DNA of 64,000 bases, taken from the NCBI GenBank assembly GCA_003427395.1, contig BFEA01000005.1:3385912-3449911 (forward strand), given 5' to 3'. The DNA is from Chara braunii. Lineage: Eukaryota > Plantae > Charophyceae. The translations under genes and the position numbers were made by a program. The notes beneath the pieces are model-generated. The model did not search any database, was not told the origin of the DNA, and saw nothing but the letters and a program-made list of their open reading frames with translations. Shown here piece by piece: positions 10,706 through 20,200 of the stretch. Positions within the stretch are counted from its first letter, which is position 1. Each line of letters starts with the position of its first letter.

Positions 10706-13700
10706 TCATTCTTGAACCTGTTGCTGCGGCTCCAGCTGTTCCTGCTGCTGCTGCTGCTTCTGGATGTCCTCCTCCTGGTTCTTCCCTTTCTGGATCTCCT
10801 CCTCCTGCCGGTGCTGCTGCTGCTGCTTGTCCCCATCCTCCTCCTCCTCCTGCCGCTGCTGTGTCTGCTGTTCTTTTAGCTGTTGCTGTTGTGGTTCTGG
10901 TTGTTGTTCTTGTTGTTGCTCCTGTTGCAGTTGCTGCTCCAGCTGCTGCTGCTGGTGGTACTCTTGCATTTGTTTCTGATGTTCACAAATTGCTGTCCGC
11001 TGCCGGTGCACAAATTCCACCTCCTGTGTCCTCAGCCAATCTTCATATCTGCTGGCCACAATTGCAGCCATCTCCTCCAGGCCACATACAAAATGCAGCC
11101 TTTGTGGGGGTAGCTGAGTCGTGACTTGTCTCTCAGTTGGGAACTGCTTTTCGTCAACGACCAGCACAAGTTTGTCGGGCCGGGCAACTAGCTGCTTAAA
11201 GGTGGGCAGCAGCTCATAGCACTGCTCAAAGAGACTTCGTCGGCAGAACACGTATAATCCAAGTCGCGCACGAGACATTGCCACCACCAATCGCCGAACA
11301 TCCCTCAGGTGACCTACCACCCTTGTTCGCACAAGCGACAGGAGAATGTAGTCATTTTGCTGTCCTTGAAACCTGTCCACAGTGGTGACCTTGCTAGGCC
11401 GCCCAAAGAGTGGGTGATGAGCACAGCGCCGTTCAATGACGTCACGTATCAAGTGCTTCTGCCCGTTGTAGGTGGATAAGATGGAGATCTTATGAGCCGG
11501 GTACCCGAGCAGTCTCATGTACTGGAACACGCTGACAAGGTATTCTGCCTCCCCAAGGTTCTGATAAAACCATGGGTTGGGCTCGAACTCCCCGACGCCC
11601 TCGTAATCAGGCACATCAATGAGCTGGTACTCGAAGCCAAAGCCCGCATTAGCTGCCTGAAACTCATGCCCCAAGAAGACGTTAGGCAGGTTGCCCAGTT
11701 CCTGATATCGCCAACTGTACAGACGAGCGAGCGACGGTCGCGCCCGGCCTTGTGCATTCAGCTGAATATACGGAGTGCCCAGACGGACGAAGCGTGTGAA
11801 CAGACTTTGATCCAGGTGACTGTACTTCTGGAACGCCATGTTCTTCACTACAGGAGGTAGCTGATGATGGTCGCCAATCAGTATGCAACGCTTGAGGCGA
11901 GCGATTCCATCCTCCTGGCGCTGCAATAGCATGGGGATGAACGTTTCGATCTCAAGAATCTGAGCACTCTCCTCCATCAGGAGATTGTCATACTTAAAGC
12001 CCAGCTGGAGGAAATTGGAGCGTTTGAGGGCAGCATGTGTGCAGGTCATCGCAACGATCTTCGCTTGCTTCGTCATGAGGTAATTGGCTCGGTCGTTCGT
12101 CGTCTTCAGCAACTCGAAAGCCCGACATTCTTCCAGTTCCTGGAACATCGTTTTCAAATGCCGGAAACATCCGGTAGCCGCACGCATGTCCTGCACATAG
12201 GACAGACCACTGAAGAGACCGCTCGCCGTCTCTGCATCAGTCCCAGCCTTCCCCACGATCATATCTGCAAAGTACTCCTTGAACGGAAAGTGCTCTTTCA
12301 CAACACCAGGTGTCTGAGATTCCTCGCACACAGCAACAAACTTCTCCCAGCGGGAAAGCACATGCAGGAGCCAGAAATGGGCTGCTGTTTCACAAGTGTA
12401 CCCTGCATCTTCTGGAACATTTAGCGTTCTTGCCAGCCTCTCTACTTCCGCAAGCAGTTCCAAACGACGAGCAAGCATCGCATTGACTCTTCCCTGTTTG
12501 CTGAACACCTGCTCGGTGTCCAGCTCTTGCTCACCCATTCCCAGACGAAGCAGGTACCTTGCTGGAACATCTCGGTGCATGATCTTCTCGAACAGATCAT
12601 TGAGCGCCTGATTGGAATGGGTGATAAGAAGGGTTCGTTGTCCAGGGCAGTTGTGATACAACACATTGAGAATCTGAACTGCAACATCAGTTTTGCCAGT
12701 TCCCGGTGGGCCCACCACCATCGTCAACCCAGGCTGCACCCCTGACTTGATTGCCTCCACCTGCACAGGCGTAAATCGTACTGCATTCATCTTTGGTTTA
12801 TCCTGTGGATAAGGGCCCGGATCAGGTGGCACATACGCTTCTGCAAGCAGAACTGGCTTCTTCTCCTTCTTCTTCTTCTTCCCCTCCCCATCCATCACAA
12901 TCGGATCATCGCCTCCTGCTACGTCTGCACGCAATCGGCAGTGGCCACTTAACCCTCCTCTTGCTGCCGCCACCGCCTTATTTGAGGTTGTCTCCATGTC
13001 AGAAAGGAGGAATTTCACACGGAAAGGGGGGTATGGCTCCACCTCCGCTGTTGAATTGTCTGTAATCGCATAGCCATCCGCCGTGACAAACTGAACGTCG
13101 TGATCAGGGAAGCACTCCCGGAGGTGGGAGGCACTGAGGAATGTGTCCTTGAAGTCTATCTCTTCCAGCTGGTCAGGCATGTTGTGGTACTGAGCTGCAG
13201 CCGGGTCTCCATAGCCGAGAAAGATGTCGTGCAGCCATTTAGGCACCACCGTGTCCTCGTTCATCAAGTCACGGATTGACTCCAGAATGGCCTTGAAGTT
13301 GTTCTCCTTAGGCTTTCTCCGCATCAGGACGTTGAACGTACCATACAAATCTTCGGCACCATGAGCCGCCATAGCCACCATGTCCATCTGGTACTGTGCA
13401 GCATCCAGGGCAACAAGCAGTGTCCGCTGATCCCCTGCGGGTGGCTTCCAGTCCTCCCTCTTCGTCTTGCCACTGAAGTCATTCATCAGCAACAGCCCTT
13501 CATCTCGGATCTCGAGGACCTCGCAACCTCTGACATAAACAATCCCGTACTTTTCGGGCACAGATACATCCTTCCCAACGGCAGACAAACAGTCGGGAGA
13601 GAGAGGAGGTGGTCGGATGGTCAGCAAGAAGAGCACGTCGTGTTCCTTCAAGTCGTTCCATTCCGCCCGTATGTCCTGTTTGAAGGAGCCAATGCTAAAC

Positions 13701-15883
13701 ACCACTTCAGCGAGAACTACAGCCGGCTTCATCTCTCCGATCAGTGGGGCCTTTACCTGGGTGATTTTGAACCCTTGAATTTGCACTGCCATGCGTGCCC
13801 AACCCCGAAAAGTTACACACCCCTCCGTACTCGTCACCCCACACATCCTCTTGGCAACATCGTGGATATCCTCCCTGATCTCGTAGGTAGACTCTAATCG
13901 GAACAGATTGAAGTTGCGAAGAAGATAGTCGTGGAAGGTCAGAAACTGGAGATTCAACTTGGGAAGCGCCAGCGCCCCCTCGCCTGTATAGTTAATGCTG
14001 GGGACCAAGTTTTCATCCCATAGCACATCCTCATTTGGATAAAGTGGCAGCTCATTGATGGCCTCTCGCTGAGACGATCTCTTCTGGTAAGAGGAGAGGA
14101 TCACCTCGAGGAGGAAGTCATGTCGATCTGCCCAAGGATCGTCTGGAGCGACCAGGTGCAGCTGTTTCGTGACAAGCGTGTGGAGTTCATCCCGACTCAA
14201 CTTCAACAGATGCATCTTCAGGTCCTTGTACTCTTCAATGGCACCCACATTACTTAGCGCCAACTCCCGAAGCTGAGGCCACTGCTTGAACGCCAGTCGC
14301 TGAAGAGCCTGCAGCCTCGAACAGTGCATCTCAGCGATCTTGTCGTCCGATAATTGCTCTCCTGTGTGATCATCGATCTCGAAACCCTGATAGAAGCGAA
14401 ACAGGTCCACCAGCTGGCTGAAGAGCCGCCCTTTAGGATGGGAATAGAGCGCGCTCATCCTGCACTTGACGACAAGCGCCACATCGCCCACAACAGTCCT
14501 CACAAACCTTCGAGTAGGCAACTGACTTAGCAAATCAATCATCAACTCCACGAAGCGCTCACAGTATAGTAATGCTGCATGGTCCAGTTCTGCTTCTCCC
14601 CTTCCTCCTGCTGCTGTTGCTGTTGCTGTTGCTGCTGGGTGAGTAGACTCTCCTTTATCTGCACCCTTCGATTTCCCCTCTGCTTCCCCATCCTGTGCAT
14701 CCATCTCCATATCCTCCGCGGCCACCGCCGCCGCCAGTGAACGATCATCGCCGTCGCCATGATCTTTCTTTGGTCTCGCAATGATGACCTGGCTTAGTAT
14801 CTCGAGGAACTCTGAAATTAGGGACGGAATGAATTTGACCTCGATTCTGTCCTTCAACGGAGGACGCGATCTCGATCCACCACCACTGCTGGTAGATGCT
14901 GCACGACTCTCTTTCTTCAGCATCTTCGCCCACTTGTCAATCAACTGAGGATGGGATTTCAACTCGATCTGAAGCCTCCCCGGCGAGAGCGAATGCCATA
15001 GCTGCCACGAGACAACCCTAAGCGCCTGTTTCCTCACCATCTCGTCTTCGAGGCTCTGGAAGGAGTTGATCACGAAGAGCAGGTAGTTCACTCTCTCACG
15101 CACGGTGAGAGATCTACCGTCCTTCAGAGTGAGCACCCTTCTGAAAAACCCTCGAAAAGCCTCCTCGCGATCGTGAAAACACCGCCACGCAGGAACGTTC
15201 TCTCGAAACTTCTCGTTAACCATCAAGATGATCGACATGACGTTTTCATACGTGGCAGTCTCTGGATCGAAGTTGGGCCAGAGGTACTTCTCGAGGTACT
15301 GGCTGATCTCGAGCAGCATCACACGCTGCAGGGGCACTGACCTGCCACCCTGACCTGTCAGCTCCGTACGGTAAATCTTCCGCACCAAATCCGCATTGAA
15401 CGAAAGCTTCTTGGGCGGTGCCGCTGTGCCTTCCCCCTTCGTCGCCGTCGCCGCCCAATTGGCCATCGCGATCGCCGTCAATCTATCGGCCTGGATCTCC
15501 TTCACAGTGATTGTTCTCCCTGGCATCGCTCCCAAAGTCGACTCCGCAGACAACTTCATCATCGCCGGCAGCTCGTCGTACACTTTGGCACGCTTGTGCA
15601 ACCTGTCCAGCTCGATCAGATCCTCCTGAGCCATTCCAGGTCCAATGTGAACAATTCCAGGTCCAACGACTACAGCTGGTACATGTTGCCGATGGTAACC
15701 TGGCGGTGTGGGAATTCGCCATAGCGGAGCCCGATTTCGCAGTGTAAAATCGGAAAACGAAGCTGCCACTGCTGGACCATATTGCACAATCGGCGGCACG
15801 CCTGTCGGCCGCCCTAACGGGATTGATATCCTCCCTTGAGCAGCTTCAAATTGATGACGACTCATCATTCCTAAACCTTCCAT
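10706..15883 (-). CDS. AQR: Intron-binding protein Aquarius, spliceosomal SF1 RNA helicase (plant MAC7/EMB2765 ortholog), single uninterrupted ORF
   Basis: Aquarius N-domain (LEISQYLEKYLWPNF, LALPKLNLQFLTFHDYLLRNFNLFRLESTYEIRED); helicase motifs GPPGTGKT, MEESAQILEIE, IGDHHQLPP, VDRFQGQQND, RRLVVAMSRAR. The first in-frame ATG is at 15883 (the ORF-track start at 15937 is GTG; upstream stop at 15962-15964), so the start codon is uncertain. Confidence 0.96.
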   Translation of the reverse strand: MEGLGMMSRHQFEAAQGRISIPLGRPTGVPPIVQYGPAVAASFSDFTLRNRAPLWRIPTPPGYHRQHVPAVVVGPGIVHIGPGMAQEDLIELDRLHKRAKVYDELPAMMKLSAESTLGAMPGRTITVKEIQADRLTAIAMANWAATATKGEGTAAPPKKLSFNADLVRKIYRTELTGQGGRSVPLQRVMLLEISQYLEKYLWPNFDPETATYENVMSIILMVNEKFRENVPAWRCFHDREEAFRGFFRRVLTLKDGRSLTVRERVNYLLFVINSFQSLEDEMVRKQALRVVSWQLWHSLSPGRLQIELKSHPQLIDKWAKMLKKESRAASTSSGGGSRSRPPLKDRIEVKFIPSLISEFLEILSQVIIARPKKDHGDGDDRSLAAAVAAEDMEMDAQDGEAEGKSKGADKGESTHPAATATATAAGGRGEAELDHAALLYCERFVELMIDLLSQLPTRRFVRTVVGDVALVVKCRMSALYSHPKGRLFSQLVDLFRFYQGFEIDDHTGEQLSDDKIAEMHCSRLQALQRLAFKQWPQLRELALSNVGAIEEYKDLKMHLLKLSRDELHTLVTKQLHLVAPDDPWADRHDFLLEVILSSYQKRSSQREAINELPLYPNEDVLWDENLVPSINYTGEGALALPKLNLQFLTFHDYLLRNFNLFRLESTYEIREDIHDVAKRMCGVTSTEGCVTFRGWARMAVQIQGFKITQVKAPLIGEMKPAVVLAEVVFSIGSFKQDIRAEWNDLKEHDVLFLLTIRPPPLSPDCLSAVGKDVSVPEKYGIVYVRGCEVLEIRDEGLLLMNDFSGKTKREDWKPPAGDQRTLLVALDAAQYQMDMVAMAAHGAEDLYGTFNVLMRRKPKENNFKAILESIRDLMNEDTVVPKWLHDIFLGYGDPAAAQYHNMPDQLEEIDFKDTFLSASHLRECFPDHDVQFVTADGYAITDNSTAEVEPYPPFRVKFLLSDMETTSNKAVAAARGGLSGHCRLRADVAGGDDPIVMDGEGKKKKKEKKPVLLAEAYVPPDPGPYPQDKPKMNAVRFTPVQVEAIKSGVQPGLTMVVGPPGTGKTDVAVQILNVLYHNCPGQRTLLITHSNQALNDLFEKIMHRDVPARYLLRLGMGEQELDTEQVFSKQGRVNAMLARRLELLAEVERLARTLNVPEDAGYTCETAAHFWLLHVLSRWEKFVAVCEESQTPGVVKEHFPFKEYFADMIVGKAGTDAETASGLFSGLSYVQDMRAATGCFRHLKTMFQELEECRAFELLKTTNDRANYLMTKQAKIVAMTCTHAALKRSNFLQLGFKYDNLLMEESAQILEIETFIPMLLQRQEDGIARLKRCILIGDHHQLPPVVKNMAFQKYSHLDQSLFTRFVRLGTPYIQLNAQGRARPSLARLYSWRYQELGNLPNVFLGHEFQAANAGFGFEYQLIDVPDYEGVGEFEPNPWFYQNLGEAEYLVSVFQYMRLLGYPAHKISILSTYNGQKHLIRDVIERRCAHHPLFGRPSKVTTVDRFQGQQNDYILLSLVRTRVVGHLRDVRRLVVAMSRARLGLYVFCRRSLFEQCYELLPTFKQLVARPDKLVLVVDEKQFPTERQVTTQLPPQRLHFVCGLEEMAAIVASRYEDWLRTQEVEFVHRQRTAICEHQKQMQEYHQQQQLEQQLQQEQQQEQQPEPQQQQLKEQQTQQRQEEEEDGDKQQQQHRQEEEIQKGKNQEEDIQKQQQQQEQLEPQQQVQE

Positions 15884-16506
15884 CGCTCCCCTTAGCGCGA
15901 GTTCGCTGGCGCCACACAGTTCCTTATCGTAAAACACGGTGCTTCCCGCGCCGCGCCGCCATCAACAGCACACGGTGCTTCAATGGATGACACTTGTCCG
16001 ATGATTTACAGCACGCCGATGATGTCGTTATCGCCGATGATAGCCTCCTCAACTGGCAGCGATGGTGACTGAACGACAGCGCCCACCAGCCCGGATCCGG
16101 GAACCGGCCCCCAAATTACCCTCCCTCGACATCGCCATTAGGCCAGGACACTGTTGCCATACTCCCAGTGCATATTCGTGTTGTTGCAAAGCAAGTGGAG
16201 GAAACCTGGCGGAGTTCACCAGCACGGACGTCGTAGCCTGCAAACAATACCTATCCAATCCCTACTGACTCAAGCCGCGGGTGCAACCAACCCTATTTTG
16301 TCGAACCTGAGAGCATACTCACACGGCGACCCCAAATCCGCAAAATATGCGGATATGGGAAGGGCCGATTTGAAGTTTTGGGCATGGTTCTTTTCTTTTT
16401 TTTTTTCCGAGAAGATAGCACTTTCATTCCAAAAAAGGGGCCCGGGAACACACCTGGACAAAGCAACCCGGTACAATACGTGCTCGGGCCATTACCCAGC
16501 CGTAGG

Positions 16507-16647
16507 CTCCTGGAAACCGGGTCCAGTGACCAGTACCTCGCTCAGCTATCAAATCCGAGGCTCAGACTACCGGTAGCCTCCTGGAAACGGGTCCAGTGAC
16601 CAGTACCTCGCTCAGCTATCAAATCCGAGGCTCAGACTACCGGTAGC
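16507..16647. repeat. Two-copy 71-bp tandem repeat upstream of AQR
   Basis: CTCCTGGAAAC(C)GGGTCCAGTGACC...GACTACCGGTAGC at 16507-16577 and 16578-16647, differing by one C. Confidence 0.9.
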
Positions 16648-16792
16648 CCGAGCATTCCCAAGCCTCGGACTTTATTGCCGAGCCTCGGACGACGGGTAGT
16701 ACATCACAGAAAACTAAGAAAAATAAAAAAAATGAAAAAAAACATATAACATTCAGCAAAAAAAAAAAGAAAGGAAATCAGACATGCCTAAC

Positions 16793-16832
16793 GAGAATGA
16801 ATCTTCCTCGAGAAAGAGGAAGATTCATTCTC
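16793..16832. repeat. Perfect 17-bp-stem palindrome
   Basis: GAGAATGAATCTTCCTC-GAGAAA-GAGGAAGATTCATTCTC. Confidence 0.9.
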
Positions 16833-16846
16833 ATGAGAGGTTCACT

Positions 16847-16899
<53 letters not shown>

Positions 16900-17299
16900 C
16901 GTCAGGGAGTTTGGTGACCAAACTCAGTGTTGGAAACTCCTTGTCGCCCTCTCTCTCTCTCTCTCTCTCGTTCTTTCCCCTTTCCCCCTGGCCTCCCGTT
17001 TTGTTTTTTTGGTTACTTCTCATTTTTGGATTTTTTTTTTTTTTTTTTTTTTTTGCCCGTTTTTTGGGGAATATCGGTCGTTCACGGGTGGGTACCCCGC
17101 CCGACGTGACGCGTTAACGGCCACATCAGGTTTTTCAATTTGGGCGAGGTACTGGGGGTTTAACGAAAATTCCTCTCAATTTAAAAAAAAAAAAAACTAA
17201 AATTAGGCAGATCTCTAATGTTTTCATAGCACCGAGTAGTAAACCCGACGTTTCCTCCAATCTTACCAAGAGGAGGGAAATAGAGACCTCGGTATGCCT

Positions 17300-20200
17300 A
17301 TTACACTAACCTTACTGGATCAGGCCTATCTTCAGCCCTAGTCAATCATGTGTGTTTGATAATCAAACACAGATAATATAGTGTCCTTCTTGGTTGATGG
17401 AGGCTAGTCTGTTATTGCGAGCCCATGTTTGTTGAAACCATATGAAGTTCTTGCAATGCCAGCCGACTTGGATAATCCTTCTTATGCTTTGTTTAATTGT
17501 TGTTATTGCCTTGAGATTTCTTCTCCTCTGAAGACTCTCGCATTTCGAGTCGACCATATAGTCTCCATTAAGACTCCCCTACAACAGAGAGCAACATAGC
17601 CCCAGTCCGAGGTGTAGTGCATGCCCTCGAGAATAAGACATGTAAACATCCAAAAGTATGACCAATCAAAGCACTTCCCTACTGTGTTTCCAATGTTTTT
17701 TCCACCATATTAGCAGATCATCAACTAATGGACAAAAGAGTCAGAGGTGGATCATATTTTCCCATCCTCAGTTGCATCTCAAGCAATGAGTTGAAACTTT
17801 CATTCCCTTGGTCGAAAGTCATATGGCTGTAACGGTTACCATTAAGGATTGCAGCTACATGATGCTGGTTTGTTTCTTAACCGGATATTTCTTAAGAGCC
17901 TTCAAAAAGTTACAAACCCTTTGCTCGGTGACACCCTCCAATTGCTTTGCCTTCGCCCTGTCCATTGCCGAAGTCGTCACCTTTTTCTTCAAACGTGACT
18001 GTTGGAGTTTGACTCCTACCTTCGGATGGTATTGATACAGTGGGGTACCAAACTCCTGTCTCCCTTGGTCCGTCCATCCCAAAAGTAATGGTTCCACTCT
18101 CAACCTATCTGCATCACGCAATAGGATGGTTGTCGTCTAACTTTGAACTCTCACCTGTACCATATTTCTGGTGTTGCTTAACTGTTCATCTTCATTGACC
18201 AGGGTGAGGTTGTCTGAGATAGCAGCTCCCGATCGTCTGGTCCATCGCTGAACTCTAAGCCCAACCACTAAGTCTGGACCCAGGACCTTCATTACCTGGT
18301 TCGGGTGGTCATCCGATTGGAGCCACGTGCCCTCGGCATGTTCCACGTTCGGTTGTAGCAAGTTATTAGCAATGTGGTCCACGAAATTGGAATCGCCCCT
18401 CTGAGCTCGGAATAATGTTTAGCCACGTTATGTGGTCGTGGAAGTAAGCTTCGTATCTAGGAAAGTTATAAAAAACAGGAATGAATAGTATCCCAAATAT
18501 CTCTTACTTGTATGACACCTTTCTTTATCCAGTTCAGTCCAAAATTACCCGTCGACTCTGCGGCTGAAAGCAGGTGTCATCTGGTCTCAAAATCATTGAA
18601 TTTTCAAATAGCTCTTGGTTTAACACTTCCTGCTTGGAGGTTCGGGGAAGGCGTTCAGTTGGTTTGACTTTATTCCATGCGCCCAGGATATTCCTGCAGG
18701 TTTTCGAGTTGGGTCTGCAATTACAAAAAGACGGCAATAGCATGCAAACCCAGACTTTGGAGTGTTCTTATAGATCCCATTCTGTCCCTAAGATATACTC
18801 GGCTAGGTCCATCCAGATCTTGGACCCACCTTCCATCATAGCCTGAATGGGTCATTTGGCCAATAAAGTTATGTTCTATTGTAGGGGGTCTAGGATCCCT
18901 AGCCCTCCCTTCTTCCTTGGAGTGGCCACGACTTCCCAGGCAACCTTCGATAAGAAGCCCTGATTTTTTGAAGCTTCTGGTTTCCAAAGGTATCTAGCAG
19001 CTGCAAGCTTGATTTTTTTGTATGCCTCTCCTCCCAAAGCATGAATCGTCAAGGGAAACCACAATAAGGAGAAGGCTGATGAGGATAGTAGAAGAGTCCG
19101 CCCAAAGAGTGAATGTCGAGTGCAGCGTTCCCAGCCGGCAATACATGTCACCACCTTCTCTGCTAAGATGTTATCTTGCACCCTGGAGCAGTCTGAAAGA
19201 GAGACTTGTAAACCCAAGAACCTGTCAAAGGAAATTGCAGGGATGTGACGAAGACCCCATTCCACACAAATCCCAAAGAAGGGGGAGAGAAAGAACACCG
19301 ACTTATCCCAGTTTATTGAGGCTTCACACAAATTACAATACTCATCTAAGGTTCTCCTTAACTCTGTAAAACTAGTAACTGAATTTTTGCAGGTAATCGT
19401 CAGGTCATCAGCTATGCCCCCCCCCTTCCAGTGAAGGGTAAGGGACAAGCGTAGACCCACAATATAAGGGTTGAATCTTATATTGGTTAATAAAATTTCT
19501 AGCTGTAGTACAAAAATGGGGGGTGCTCGAGGGCACCCTTGCCTCAAGGACCGGGAGAGCCTGAAATTTTCAGATTGCAAGCCGTTGTCTAAGACTGTTG
19601 TTGCAATATTCGAATACATGGCTGTAACCCAGGTTCACAAGTGGACGCCAAAATCCATACTGATTAAAGGGGTATTAATGAAAGTCCAGCCTACTTTATA
19701 GTAGGTTTTTTCTATATAGCGACATCCTTCTTTTCCTTGCTTATAATCTCAAGTGCTTGTACTATAGCTAAAATGTTGTTAAAAATTGATCGTTCTTTGA
19801 CGAAAGCCCCTTACTTTTTCCCACCAAATTCGGAAGCACTGGGGCAAGTAACTGAATTTTTGCAGGCAATTGTCAGGTCATCAGCTATGCCCCCCCCTTT
19901 CCAGTGAAGGGTAAGGGATAAGCGTAGACCCACGATATAAGGGTTTTATCTTATATCGGTTAATAAAATTTATGGCTGTAGTAAAAAAATGGGGGGTGCT
20001 AGAGGGCACCCTTGCCTCAAGGACCGGGAGAACCTGAAATTTTCCGATTGCAGGCCGTTGACTCAGACTGTTGTTGCAACATTCGAATACATGGCTTTAA
20101 CCCAGGTTCACACGTGGACGCCAAAACCCATATTGATTAAAGAGGTATTAACGAAAGTTTAACCTACTTTATCGTAGGTTTTTTCCTTATCCAACATGAG

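Noticed and set aside
16049-16258. Upstream ORF or extra first exon of AQR
   Set aside because: Non-ATG start, no Aquarius similarity, and no convincing splice pair linking it to the main ORF.
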